From a virus: 64,000 bases of DNA. The notes beneath the pieces are model-generated. The model was not told the origin of the DNA. It worked only from the letters and a program-made list of their open reading frames with translations, and did not search any database. Each line of letters begins with the position of its first letter. Positions within the stretch are counted from its first letter, which is position 1. The stretch covers positions 1 to 64,000 of IMG/VR virus record IMGVR_UViG_3300010397_000002. One strand, given 5' to 3'. Shown in pieces: positions 30,913-41,117 of this stretch. The translations under genes were made by a program, and so were the position numbers.

Positions 30913-31130
30913 TAGCTTACTTTTTTATATGGATATTGTAGTTTGATATGTTCGTTTACGAACTTGCCGATTGATTTCACTTCAAGTGCCATGTCAAATA
31001 CGTGACGTGGTACATTAGCATAATCATATACCTTACCTGTAATGTAAGTGATGGTTAAAACTTTAGTTTTATCATCGTACTTAATGGCACGGACTGTGCT
31101 GGAATCGACGAATACTTTTTCGTTTGACAT
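30912..31130 (-). CDS. KTSC domain protein
   Basis: [12 protein letters not shown]...YDYANVP...[11 protein letters not shown]. Confidence 0.85.
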   Translation of the reverse strand: MSNEKVFVDSSTVRAIKYDDKTKVLTITYITGKVYDYANVPRHVFDMALEVKSIGKFVNEHIKLQYPYKKVS

Positions 31131-31132
31131 AA

Positions 31133-31337
31133 TTATATTGCTTCAAGGCAAGATTTCATTTTTAAAATAATTTCATCAATGGTTGCACCTTCAAATTTTT
31201 GTTCTGCTACTGTATTCCCATTTTTAAATTTAATGGTACCGCTGGCACTCCATTTATCATCGAAAAAACTTTTATTGAAATGGGTCTTTAATCACACTAG
31301 GCATTTTTTCGTTTCCAAAACCGATTAATAAATCCAT
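31133..31337 (-). pseudogene. Frameshifted small gene
   Basis: MDLLIGFGNEKMPSVIKDPFQ* continues in another frame as FNKSFFDDKWSASGTIKFKNGNTVAEQKFEGATIDEIILKMKSCLEAI*. Confidence 0.4.
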
Positions 31338-31522
31338 TAGAATAATTTTGGTTGAGTTTTTTCTTGTTCGTATTTCTCTATGAAAGCATCAACTTGTCTT
31401 TCTAAACTTTTACTGTCCGTGATAAGGATTCCGGTCATAAGGCTATCGTTCCTTTTCCTGGCTGTAAAATAGTTCTTCTGCGTCTCGCGCATTTTTTTGA
31501 CAAGTTTGATAAAGTCTTCCAT
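31337..31522 (-). CDS. Hypothetical protein
   Basis: 61 aa, LVKKMRETQKNYF...SKSLERQVD. Confidence 0.6.
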   Translation of the reverse strand: MEDFIKLVKKMRETQKNYFTARKRNDSLMTGILITDSKSLERQVDAFIEKYEQEKTQPKLF

Positions 31523-32383
31523 TTACATGAAACTTTTAGGTGTCTCCTCTTTTACATTTGGAAGAGGATTAACTTCTCCAGATTCGGTATCAACAGTTTC
31601 TCCTTCTGCTGTAGTGTATACCGGAGCATCAGGCATATCACCAACCTCTGTATATCCGGTATCCTCAGTGTCTTCTACTGGAGGACCATACAGAACAACA
31701 TTGTCTGGGTATTTATGGTACAGACGGAAAGCGCGATTGGTCGCTGTTTTCTTTGCCATCTCCACTGGCCACGTATTCCATGGAGAGTCATCACTTTTGG
31801 TTTTAGACTTGGTTTTCGCTTTCAAAAGATCATCCTGATAAACAACGGTGTCTACAATAGATCCGTCTTTATAAAAGAGTCTTTGATACACTGCGCGCAC
31901 ATTATCCAGTACATTTTTCTCAACAGTCTTATCGGTTGAATAATGCTCTTTAACTACGAAGTTTGCCTTATCATGAATAAAGTGATCTCCTTTATAAACG
32001 ATAACAGCTTCGGGTGCCTTCTTAACATCCGGCATCATCTCAAACATTTCGCGTTTACCAGCGGGTGAAGATTGTACTTTAAGTCCTCCTCTGCCGTTGG
32101 GATAAACGTAGAGTTTACTGTCGCGGAAACTTAGGCCTGTTGTACCGGCATAAACAAGACTCGCAACATGGTAAAAATTGTCAATTTTCTGCAGATCTGG
32201 CTTATCGGCAATAATTTGAAGATACGCGAATCGTTCTTGCTCCAACCTATTCTCTCCGTCTTTACGTCCAGTCACAGATTCGTAGTTCTTAATGAATCGT
32301 TCCCTTACATCCGGTATCTGGAATAATTCCTTAACACTTTTTGCTTCTTTAATAGATTGCTCAAATTTTTGTAGTTGTCCCAT
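31523..32383 (-). CDS. RecT-like single-strand annealing protein
   Basis: GLSF...YVYP, VYKGDHF, SPWNTWPVEMAKKTATNRA. Confidence 0.8.
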   Translation of the reverse strand: MGQLQKFEQSIKEAKSVKELFQIPDVRERFIKNYESVTGRKDGENRLEQERFAYLQIIADKPDLQKIDNFYHVASLVYAGTTGLSFRDSKLYVYPNGRGGLKVQSSPAGKREMFEMMPDVKKAPEAVIVYKGDHFIHDKANFVVKEHYSTDKTVEKNVLDNVRAVYQRLFYKDGSIVDTVVYQDDLLKAKTKSKTKSDDSPWNTWPVEMAKKTATNRAFRLYHKYPDNVVLYGPPVEDTEDTGYTEVGDMPDAPVYTTAEGETVDTESGEVNPLPNVKEETPKSFM

Positions 32384-32386
32384 TTT

Positions 32387-32881
32387 TTAAATTATATTTA
32401 ATTTTGCGAATTCACCATGATATTTTAAAGCGGCATTATTATAAGCTTTTGCGGCTTCGGTTAATGAACGAAATTCACCTAAACTGATTCTTTTTTTATT
32501 AACCCCTATTCTAGATTTAAATTTTCCTTTATACCCTATAGTAACCCCTTTAAATCCTGTAGTATTTATTGTAGAAAGTCCTCTATTCATGGAACTTTGT
32601 GATGGATTTACAATTCTTAAATTAATCCTCCTATTATCAAGTCCATTCCCATTCTTATGATCCACAATTTCTTTGTTTTTTGCATTTAATATTAATCTAT
32701 GCATAGATATAGTTTCCCTTTCCGATCTAGACTTACTTATATCAGAACACGCATAAAAATTATTTGTCTTATGAATAATTTTTAAACACCAAGTATATTT
32801 AGATACTAAATCAAAATCAATAGGATCTATTTTTACTACTTTTTTGCCGTGTTTTTTACTATTGATAATAATTTGCCTCAT
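32387..32881 (-). CDS. HNH-AP2 homing endonuclease
   Basis: MHRLIL...VDHKNGNGLDNRRINLR; TGFKGV...EAAKAYN...HGEFA. Confidence 0.88.
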   Translation of the reverse strand: MRQIIINSKKHGKKVVKIDPIDFDLVSKYTWCLKIIHKTNNFYACSDISKSRSERETISMHRLILNAKNKEIVDHKNGNGLDNRRINLRIVNPSQSSMNRGLSTINTTGFKGVTIGYKGKFKSRIGVNKKRISLGEFRSLTEAAKAYNNAALKYHGEFAKLNII

Positions 32882-32967
32882 GATGTATCAAAACAACAAT
32901 AAAATATTTTAACATCAAAATTTTGAGTCTGAAATTTTTATTGTATGTTTGTTGAAACGAAAGGAAT

Positions 32968-33162
32968 ATGTCAATTTATAACATTTCAGCAATAAAAAAT
33001 TTAATTCCTGGCGGCAATCATTATTCCTACACCAGAATAAAGAATTTGCTTATGGGGTTAAAAGGTAATTCTTCAAAAAAAGATATACAACAAGTTAGAA
33101 AACTTCTAAAACAAGAATGGGTTGAAGTTGATAATACACTTGAAAAACTTGAAAATCAATAG
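32968..33162 (+). CDS. Small hypothetical protein (possible HTH)
   Basis: First gene of the divergent + block; TATGTTTG box at 32944-32951. Confidence 0.55.
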   Translation: MSIYNISAIKNLIPGGNHYSYTRIKNLLMGLKGNSSKKDIQQVRKLLKQEWVEVDNTLEKLENQ

Positions 33163-33190
33163 TAAAAATTAACTTAAAATAATACTTAAA

Positions 33191-33733
33191 ATGCTACATC
33201 CCTGTTTACCTTCAACATTTACTCCAGAAAAATTAGCTGGATGGATTACTGATAATGCCATTGAGGTTCTTGATCATATTGAAAAGATAGAACTAGAAAC
33301 CGAACAGATTCACGAACTTGAAAGCAAATCATCCTTAGCTTCTAGAGCTATCGATAGATTGGAAAAAATAAAAAAAGATTTTATGGATATCTTAACAGAA
33401 GGAACGCCTGATGAAGAGAATCCTGTCGATATTATAATCTATCCGACTAAAGGTTTTAAAATCCTTAAAGCCAATCGGGCCTTCGCAGACAAGCAATTAG
33501 AACAAGGATTCCAAGAAGAAGTTATTCCTCTTTACATCATCCCATATCCTGAAGATTCACAAATGGTTGCTGTGGATATTGTTGGCAACGAATGGCCAGA
33601 GTTTACAAAGGATATGACTTCAGAGCAAATCAATCAACACAAGCCGATGTTGAAGAAGGATAAAAAAGTAAAGAAACAAACATCATTTTTAGATCAAGAA
33701 GATGATGATGAACAATCTACTCTGGATCTTTAA
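33191..33733 (+). CDS. Hypothetical protein
   Basis: 180 aa, acidic C-terminus. Confidence 0.6.
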   Translation: MLHPCLPSTFTPEKLAGWITDNAIEVLDHIEKIELETEQIHELESKSSLASRAIDRLEKIKKDFMDILTEGTPDEENPVDIIIYPTKGFKILKANRAFADKQLEQGFQEEVIPLYIIPYPEDSQMVAVDIVGNEWPEFTKDMTSEQINQHKPMLKKDKKVKKQTSFLDQEDDDEQSTLDL

Positions 33734-33950
33734 TACGCGCAACTTTAATATAATACCCTAGCTCAGTAATGAAGGGATTTATCGCATCATACAAAGCATT
33801 TACAAGTTTACTTTTCTCTAGTGCGTTCAAAGAAGTATAAGTGCCTTTGAGATTAGAGTAAACTTTATGATGAGCTACACCAGATTCTTTACAAAGGGCT
33901 AGTAAAGAGATAACGGAAGGTTTTTTTTTCTTTCTTTTAGTTTTTGCCAT
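33717..33950 (-). CDS. Small HTH-like protein, candidate repressor
   Basis: SLLALCKESGVAHHKVYSNLKG helix-turn-helix-like; lone - strand gene; TAATTTTG box at 33954-33961 and an operator copy upstream. Confidence 0.55.
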   Translation of the reverse strand: MAKTKRKKKKPSVISLLALCKESGVAHHKVYSNLKGTYTSLNALEKSKLVNALYDAINPFITELGYYIKVARIKDPE

Positions 33951-33974
33951 ACCCAAAATTAGTATAATATATCA

Positions 33975-33994
33975 ATAATGACAAATATCACTAT
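33975..33994. promoter_or_regulatory. Operator-like palindrome, copy 2
   Basis: ATAATGACAAATATCACTAT (17/20) in a divergent intergenic region. Confidence 0.5.
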
Positions 33995-33997
33995 TTT

Positions 33998-34240
33998 ATG
34001 AGTAAAAGTCCAATGGAGTGGCGCTATTCAGTTATTGAATATCAGCAAAAAAAGTCTGAAATAATTTTAATCGGACAATATAATGCACCGGTGAAATCGG
34101 TTTGGAATATCCTATTTTCGGCTCCTTATGATCCGATGGGTAATGATGAAATTATTGCATTTGAGGCGTGTCAGATGTGGCTTGAGCAAAATAGAGTTGA
34201 GGGTAGTAATTATATCATCACTGAATTGTTTTTCGCATGA
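33998..34240 (+). CDS. Hypothetical protein
   Basis: 80 aa. Confidence 0.55.
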   Translation: MSKSPMEWRYSVIEYQQKKSEIILIGQYNAPVKSVWNILFSAPYDPMGNDEIIAFEACQMWLEQNRVEGSNYIITELFFA

Positions 34241-34779
34241 ATAACGACATTACAAAAAAGCTTGAGGCTTACACTGCCGCCAATAGTAACTTCGAAACGT
34301 CAAGAAGTTACATCTCCATGTCCCACGCCTCCTCAACGGTAGAAGAAATTATCAATTCATGGAAGAATGGGTTTGAAGATTCTCTGCAGATCAGACTACG
34401 ATGCTACAAAGGATACCAAATGGAAAAAGATTTGGTTGGTAGAATTCTTAACACATTCCCGGCTGAGGCTAAAAAGCATCATGAACTAACGGCCTTTGGT
34501 GGATTAGTGAAAGGACATCCTGATTTTGCTTTTTATAATTATCCTGCCGATGTTAAGGCTGTTCCTTTAGAGGAACATCTCCCAGGATTTAAGTTGCCGC
34601 GTAGGGTTTATGCGCAGATGCAGTCGTATATGCTTTACGGTAATAAGAACAAAGCACTTGTGGTATATGAGGCGCGTGATTCCGGTAAGATCCAACATTA
34701 CTGGATTGACGCCAACCATAAAATTCAGCAAGATATTGATCAGAAGTTTAGGACTGTGATTAAAGAATTGGGGTTATGA
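34237..34779 (+). CDS. PD-(D/E)XK nuclease-like protein (Cas4/YqaJ-like)
   Basis: GYQME...KGHPDF...ADVK...YAQMQSYM. Confidence 0.6.
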   Translation: MNNDITKKLEAYTAANSNFETSRSYISMSHASSTVEEIINSWKNGFEDSLQIRLRCYKGYQMEKDLVGRILNTFPAEAKKHHELTAFGGLVKGHPDFAFYNYPADVKAVPLEEHLPGFKLPRRVYAQMQSYMLYGNKNKALVVYEARDSGKIQHYWIDANHKIQQDIDQKFRTVIKELGL

Positions 34780-35219
34780 AAGTAAATATCAAAAATTATA
34801 CTTCCACTGTTGCTGCATCCAAATCGGTTGCTCGTATTGAAGAGGTACTTGTCTCTATTGGTGCTGATCATATCAATAAAAATTACAAAGATGGACAGTT
34901 GGTCTCCATCTCATTCATGGTAGTCGTTAACGGCAATACCATTCCATTTAAACTACCAGCAAAAGTTGATAATGTTTATCAGGCATTAAAAAAGTCTTAC
35001 AAAAGATTGTCAACACCTGCACTTAAAAATTTAACTGAGCAATCTGCGCGTACCGCATGGAAAATATGTTGTGATTGGGTAGAAATTCAAGCCACGTTAA
35101 TTCGTCTTGAGCAGGCTGAGTTTATTGAAGTGTTCTTACCTTATGTTTATAAAATTGATACTGATCAAACGTTTTTTGAGTCGTTGAAGCAGAAGAATTA
35201 TAAGGCGTTGTTGGAATAA
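34776..35219 (+). CDS. Conserved phage hypothetical protein
   Basis: KNYTSTV...EQSARTAWKICCDWVEIQ...FLPY. Confidence 0.6.
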   Translation: MKVNIKNYTSTVAASKSVARIEEVLVSIGADHINKNYKDGQLVSISFMVVVNGNTIPFKLPAKVDNVYQALKKSYKRLSTPALKNLTEQSARTAWKICCDWVEIQATLIRLEQAEFIEVFLPYVYKIDTDQTFFESLKQKNYKALLE

Positions 35220-35245
35220 AAGATATTTTTAAAAGGCAAAAGGAT

Positions 35246-36894
35246 ATGAATGAAACAGAAATAAAAATGCTTGAACTTTTATTAGGCAAGCTTCAAATGG
35301 ATCTAAAGCATAACATTTGCATTACAACAGGATTTGTACAAGATGGGTTTCATATAGGTGTTTACCATGATAAAACAGGAGAAGTTATTATAAAAGAATG
35401 CGGTCACGATTTAATGACAGCTATAAATAACTGTAAGTTAAAGCTATGAATAAAATCATATACCACACAAAGCCGGGAACGACAGGGTTCTTTTTGATGA
35501 ACGTGCCTGAAGAACCTGTTTATTTACCACTTAATTGTGCATGTAATGCTTGTAGAACAGATTATAGTAGGAAATTTCAGAAGTACACCGCAGACCTACA
35601 ATCCTGCAAAGAAGAAGCCATTAAGAATGGAGAAATAACAAACCCTGAAATAATTTATATCATTGAGTTACGAAATGATCATCCAATATCTACTTACTGG
35701 AAATACAAAGACACTTTAAATATAATCCGTGATGGTGATACATTTGACTTACCAAAGGGATTGAAGGTTGAGGAAGTAAAGCTTTACAGTGATTGTCAGG
35801 ACATTCCTATTATATGGTCAGAAGTTGATGACGATGATTGTATTCAGTCAAAAACAGTTATTTGTCTAGTACCTTCCGATAAGGAAGAGAAAGAACCGGT
35901 TGAAAGTCAAGATGAGTTATTTGATTCGCTTGGTAAGATACTGCACCATGATATTACTTCAAATGGGTGGGAGTATGATAAGCATACAGCTATGAGTTTA
36001 TTCACCATAACCCGTAAAGAGAAATGAGAAAGTTAAAAACACCTGAGGAGATAATCCTAGCAGCTTCCACTCAACGTGGATATGATACACCGGAAGATGC
36101 TTACAAAGCTTTGATCATAACCGCTCAACGTGATGCTTTAGAGTGTGCTGCTGAAAGTGCCAAAATAACATCCAAATTAGATGATTCAGAATATCATCGT
36201 GGTTACATAACGGTAGTGGATAAGTCTAGTATTTTGAACCTAATGCCTAAAGAGAAATGAGCATCGAAGAAATAAAGGATCAGGTTGCTAAAGAATTATT
36301 GTTTAGAAACGCTCAACATCTATACGATTCGGGGAGCGATCATGAAATAAATAATTTATTAGAGCAAACATGCAAACGTTACGCAACCGAGTGCTGTAAG
36401 GCATCGCTTGAAAAGGCAAGTATATACGCACATTTTAATGTAACGTGTGAAGGTAAATCTCACGTACTTCAAAGTCAACTTGCAACGAAAGACAACTTTA
36501 CTTACAAGTTAGATAAATCCTCAATAACAGACGAATCAAACATTACACTTTTATGACCGATCAGGACAAAGAACCCAAAAGTGAGGACAAAGAACGAATA
36601 GAGAAGGCTGAAATTTTAGAAGTTTCAACAGGAGCAAATCCTATATTTTTGTATAACTCAGAACTAAATTCACTATTCAATATCTGTGAGTTTAAGCCAT
36701 ATATGATGCATTTGGAGAAAGAAATAATTCAACCGATTATAAGAGAATCATACGATAAAGGTAAAATAGAAGGATTCAATGAGGGGATAGAGGCTTTAGA
36801 AAAAAGTTTAATTGCCCGTGGCTTCAATAAAGAAGATTACAATGGAGTTATAATATTTGAAGAAATTGAAAAACTAAAAACCCATTCTAAGTAA
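35246..36894 (+). CDS. Run of five small coupled hypothetical genes (35246-35449, 35446-36027, 36024-36260, 36257-36556, 36553-36894)
   Basis: Consecutive ATGA-overlapping ORFs. Confidence 0.6.
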
Positions 36895-37043
36895 GCTATG
36901 CTGATAAGACCGAAACACAACGTTGATCTTAAATGTTCTAAAAGCTAAGATCAACAATTTTATAATCGTATTCTTTTCAATTGGGGTTGTTGGGGTACGA
37001 GGAAGTTAAATGTGGGATAACGGTTGCTTAGAATTGGGTTTTT
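36876..37043 (+). ncRNA. Candidate structured ncRNA
   Basis: Outer 19-bp stem (36876-36894 with 37024-37043) enclosing a perfect 10-bp hairpin (36922-36955) and an 8-bp hairpin (36966-37000). Confidence 0.5.
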
Positions 37044-37056
37044 TAAATGAAAAATT

Positions 37057-37311
37057 ATGAAATACATACTAATGATCTTTGCTGTATTAACATTCTCATG
37101 TAGTAAAAATACAGATTCTGTACAGAGTCAGGGAAAAATAAGAATTATAAATATACCAAAGGGCTATAGATTAATGAGTGCTTCGTGGGAGCATACTACA
37201 CTTTGGTATCTTATTGAACCTATGCCAAAAGGATACGAGTCTAAAGAAAAAATTTTCTGCGACAATGATAAAGTTAATCAATCTAAAATTGTATTTAAAG
37301 AAACAAAATGA
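37057..37311 (+). CDS. Small lipoprotein
   Basis: MKYILMIFAVLTFSC lipobox. Confidence 0.65.
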   Translation: MKYILMIFAVLTFSCSKNTDSVQSQGKIRIINIPKGYRLMSASWEHTTLWYLIEPMPKGYESKEKIFCDNDKVNQSKIVFKETK

Positions 37312-37978
37312 ACTCCAGCGACTACATCGACAAACGCGTCACAATAAAGTCTTCTGAAGCAGAAGGCACAATCAAAGAAGTAATCCCAAAGCGCGGCGCC
37401 GATGGAAGCCTTGGTGCCAGGTTCATCGTGATCGATGATGATGATAAAAAGTATGAGTTGAGACCGGATGAAATAAAGATACATGTATGAAGTGGAGAAA
37501 CATGAGTGTTTGTTTTGAATGTGAACATCCGTTAAATTCTCATGAGGAATGCTACGAGGGGAGTCTGCCCACATTGTGGCTATGATAGTGGTAGCACGAT
37601 CTGCAAAACGAAAAAGTTAATTTATACAATTGTAAATGAAGGCACTTTCTTCTTTCGTAAAATAAAGTATATAGGTAAAGATGAGTTTTTAAAGCAATGG
37701 ATTGAAAAATATAACAAATCATGAAAGGACTTACACTAGAAATATTTGAGCATACACCTCAAACCAGATCTTTAAGTGATGCTGGTCTTAATTTTGAATA
37801 TGAAGATTGCGATATTATAAATATGACTTTCTATCACATAAATGCTGTGTCGGAAGAAAAGTATGGCGATAAAATTTATTCTGGTATTTTTTCAAATGGA
37901 TCAGTTTTCATGAGTCCGTTAAAAATAAAGGAAGTTCGGAGATCAATTAATTTGGCTTATGAAAATGGATTGCTATGA
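37308..37978 (+). CDS. Small hypothetical genes (37308-37490, 37542-37724 Zn-ribbon, 37721-37978)
   Basis: Short ORFs; CPHC motif in the second. Confidence 0.5.
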
Positions 37979-38502
37979 GTCGCGTAATAACTTTTAGTAC
38001 TACATTTCCTTCTTATCATCCTCGTAAAGGCGAGCCAACTAGGTTTATTGAAAAGATCTACGCATCACTTGCTGATACGGTCGAAGGATTTAAAATACCA
38101 AACGATGCAAATGAGTATTGGGACTGGCATGAATATTATAACTGCAGGCATCCAAAACATCACACCGTCCGCGCAGGTCATCGCTTTAAAGTCGGAGATT
38201 GGTTCAGTCCTCGTATCTGGTCTGGCATACCTTATAGATCACCTCAGATCGTCATTGGACCAGACATCCAAATAAAAAATATCTGGGATTTTGAAATTAA
38301 GAAAGCATGGAAAGAGTTGCCGCTTGATTACGATACCGATATAATTATAAATCATATGTTTTATCATTCCGATGATGAAATAATAACATTACTAGCTAAA
38401 AATGATGGGCTTACATTACCAGAACTATTACAATGGTTTAAGTATCCAAAGCCTTTTGATGGCCAAATAATATGTTGGGGCCAAAATATTAACTACTCAT
38501 AG
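37975..38502 (+). CDS. ASCH/PUA-like domain protein
   Basis: KHHTVRAGHRFKVGD...LAKNDGL...WF...FDGQIICW. Confidence 0.55.
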   Translation: MSRVITFSTTFPSYHPRKGEPTRFIEKIYASLADTVEGFKIPNDANEYWDWHEYYNCRHPKHHTVRAGHRFKVGDWFSPRIWSGIPYRSPQIVIGPDIQIKNIWDFEIKKAWKELPLDYDTDIIINHMFYHSDDEIITLLAKNDGLTLPELLQWFKYPKPFDGQIICWGQNINYS

Positions 38503-38518
38503 TGATATATATTACAAA
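38499..38518. promoter_or_regulatory. Operator-like palindrome, copy 3
   Basis: ATAGTGATATATATTACAAA upstream of the helicase gene. Confidence 0.55.
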
Positions 38519-38621
38519 ACTTTTTTACCTTCAATCCCTCTAGTCAAGTTTTATCCCGAGTGCAACGTATGATTTACCCGATTTTTTGGTCAAAATTCCC
38601 ATCCTTTAATTTTTAACATCT

Positions 38622-40196
38622 ATGGATGAGAAGAAAAAATATGATAAAAAATCGACCAGCTTAAGGCTAATCCCTCGCGATATTAGTGAATCGTTAGGAA
38701 AGCTGCCACCACAAGACATTGCTCTGGAAGAGTCTGTCCTTGGTGCCATCATGCTGGAGAAGCCCGCAATAGATACGGTTAATAAGTTTTTAACGCCTGA
38801 ACACTTTTACTCAGAGGCTCATAAAGAAATTTATACTGCTATCCTGGCTTTAAAGACAAACAATGATCCCATCGACATGCGGACCGTTGTTGACATCTTG
38901 CGAAAGACCGGGAAAATAGAGTTGGTTGGAGGGGCTTATTATATCGCCGAACTAACATCTAAAGTTTCTTCCGCTGCTAATATTGATTATCACGCTCGAA
39001 TCATTGTGGAGATGTCGATCAAGAGATCGATGATTGAACTGGCCAGCCGAATACATGAACAGGCTTATGGTGATACGGACTGTTTTGAATTATTGGAGGA
39101 TGGGATTAAGAAACTGCAGCATCTTCATGACTCATCTACTTTAGAGAATACTGAAGCCAAAATAAAAGAGCTATGGAAAGAACGCCAACTCACCATAGAA
39201 CCGCCTGCCGAAATCCCTCTCATCACAATCAATGGTGTCACAGTATGTACCGCTGAAAACCATTCTCTCATCATCGGGAAGAAAAAAAGCCGTAAGACTT
39301 TGTTTATCACATGGCTCATCCATCAGTTTTTTCTCCAAAACAAAGGTAATGAAAATGATATTCTTCTTTTTGATACCGAGCAGGGCAAGTCCCACGTATG
39401 GAAAGTCCGTAAAAAAATAAAAAAATTGACTGGCTTTGAACTCCCAATATTTTACATGCGCGGCATGTCTCCAAAAGAACGCCGGGATTTTGTTGCCAAT
39501 ACCGTGAAGTACTGGCCGAAGAAACCAAGGATTATTGTTATCGATGGTGTGCGAGACATGATGAGTAACATTAATGACGCAGATGAAAGCACTGAACTTA
39601 TCGTTTGGCTTGAACAAATTATTCTCACCTACAATCTTCACATCGTTGAGGTCCTCCATCAAAACAAAACGGATAATAATGCCCGTGGGCATATCGGCTC
39701 TGAGTTGCTGAACAAAGCTCAAGTTACTATTGAACTGGAACTCGATGAAAAGTCTGGTGTTACGATTGTGAAGTGTGAGAGCTCTCGCGAACGCGACTTT
39801 GAAACATTCTCCTTCACCCATGGTGCCGATGATTTGCCAGAAATTGTGGGAATGCCAATTCAAGGAAAAATTATACCGAATGATACTCGCAGGGCAATGC
39901 TAGTTGAAATATTTGATGATGGCCCAATGAAGTATAAAGAACTGATCAAAGAAATGATGACCACATTCGGAGTATCAAAAAATAAATGTGAGTTTATGGC
40001 TAAGGAGTTTAATCGTATGGGATGGGTTATCAAGTCAGGAAAGCGCGGTGACCCGACTTCGTTGTGGAAGCTTGCGATATCGGAGAATGGGCACTCACAA
40101 GAGCACGGAAATTTAATACCGTTCGCTGAAGCTGTGAAGCAGGCTGAGTTGTTTGATAATGGGCAAGATGATAAGCCAGAAGATATGCCTTTTTAA
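38622..40196 (+). CDS. Replicative helicase-like: DnaB N-terminal domain + RepA-type AAA + wHTH tail
   Basis: LPPQDIALEESVLGAIM...HFYSEAHKEIY (DnaB-N); GKKKSRKT Walker A, FDTEQG, IVIDGVRD Walker B, ARGHIGSEL; DMPF end. Confidence 0.8.
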   Translation: MDEKKKYDKKSTSLRLIPRDISESLGKLPPQDIALEESVLGAIMLEKPAIDTVNKFLTPEHFYSEAHKEIYTAILALKTNNDPIDMRTVVDILRKTGKIELVGGAYYIAELTSKVSSAANIDYHARIIVEMSIKRSMIELASRIHEQAYGDTDCFELLEDGIKKLQHLHDSSTLENTEAKIKELWKERQLTIEPPAEIPLITINGVTVCTAENHSLIIGKKKSRKTLFITWLIHQFFLQNKGNENDILLFDTEQGKSHVWKVRKKIKKLTGFELPIFYMRGMSPKERRDFVANTVKYWPKKPRIIVIDGVRDMMSNINDADESTELIVWLEQIILTYNLHIVEVLHQNKTDNNARGHIGSELLNKAQVTIELELDEKSGVTIVKCESSRERDFETFSFTHGADDLPEIVGMPIQGKIIPNDTRRAMLVEIFDDGPMKYKELIKEMMTTFGVSKNKCEFMAKEFNRMGWVIKSGKRGDPTSLWKLAISENGHSQEHGNLIPFAEAVKQAELFDNGQDDKPEDMPF

Positions 40197-40213
40197 AATT
40201 AAAATTTAATTGT

Positions 40214-40912
40214 ATGAATAGAAAAGAACATTTATTAGACATCGCACAAGAAGAATGTGCGGAAGTAGCACAACGCATAAGCAAGGCGTTAAGATTTAGT
40301 TTGGAGGAAATTCAGCCTGGGCAATCGCTAAATAATGCAGATAGAATCATGAAAGAATATTACGACTTAAAGGCCATGATTAAAATTTTACAAAAAGAAG
40401 GACATCTTCCTGAATGGTCTGAAGAAAGAAGTTCATTTCAAATGAATGCTAAAATAATTCAGATTGAAAAATATATTTTACATAGTAAGTCAGTGGGCAC
40501 TTTAACAGAAGACATCTGCAAAATTGAGGTTCCCACTGAGCCTGTGGCACTAGAGAGACATGTGTGTATTTCGCAAGACCATGACCACTATGAATACGAT
40601 AGTTACACAACAGGCCGTAAACAGGACTACGGGCATCACACTCTCAATACAGAAAATGGTTGGGATTGCTACAGCTGGGATCGTGACGAATACACCGAAA
40701 CAATGTACATGAAGCGTCCAAAGGAAGGTAAAGGATGGAAGTCATTCAGGGTTATCACGTATACATCAACTTTTGAAGATTTCCTATCTGAAGTCATGGC
40801 TAGAGCCTACTATGAATCGGTACCAAATTTTGGGTACAAATCCATTGTTGAAGTCGATACGGTATCTGGACAACAGGTTAAGATACTTGAACAGTCTATG
40901 CCGGGTGAGTGA
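40214..40912 (+). CDS. MazG-like NTP pyrophosphohydrolase domain protein
   Basis: AQEECAEVAQRISKALRF...KEYYDL at the N-terminus; unknown C-terminal half. Confidence 0.65.
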   Translation: MNRKEHLLDIAQEECAEVAQRISKALRFSLEEIQPGQSLNNADRIMKEYYDLKAMIKILQKEGHLPEWSEERSSFQMNAKIIQIEKYILHSKSVGTLTEDICKIEVPTEPVALERHVCISQDHDHYEYDSYTTGRKQDYGHHTLNTENGWDCYSWDRDEYTETMYMKRPKEGKGWKSFRVITYTSTFEDFLSEVMARAYYESVPNFGYKSIVEVDTVSGQQVKILEQSMPGE

Positions 40913-40933
40913 ACTACATAATCATACTGATAT

Positions 40934-41117
40934 ATGATCACCTACCACATCTACCCGGAAAATGATTCATCTCCACATAAACTTGATGGATACCAATGCT
41001 CTTGTGAGCCCAAGGCTGGAGTATGATGAGAATAATGAAACGGTACTCGTTGTCCATAATTCTTTCGATGGTAGAGAATTGGTGGAAGAGGCTAATAGGA
41101 TTTTAAAAGAAAAATAA
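40934..41117 (+). pseudogene. Small phage gene interrupted by a +1 frameshift
   Basis: MITYHIYPENDSSPHKLDGYQCSCEPK then, in +1 frame, LEYDENNETVLVVHNSFDGRELVEEANRILKEK*; its TAA overlaps ATG 41117. Confidence 0.55.

Noticed and set aside
36901-36916. CTGATAAGACCGAAAC resembling a hammerhead ribozyme core
   Set aside because: G8 of CUGAUGA is A, stem II is essentially absent, and no convincing stems I/III or cleavage triplet were found
39171-39863. 230-aa antisense ORF within the helicase
   Set aside because: No motifs; shadow of the coding strand
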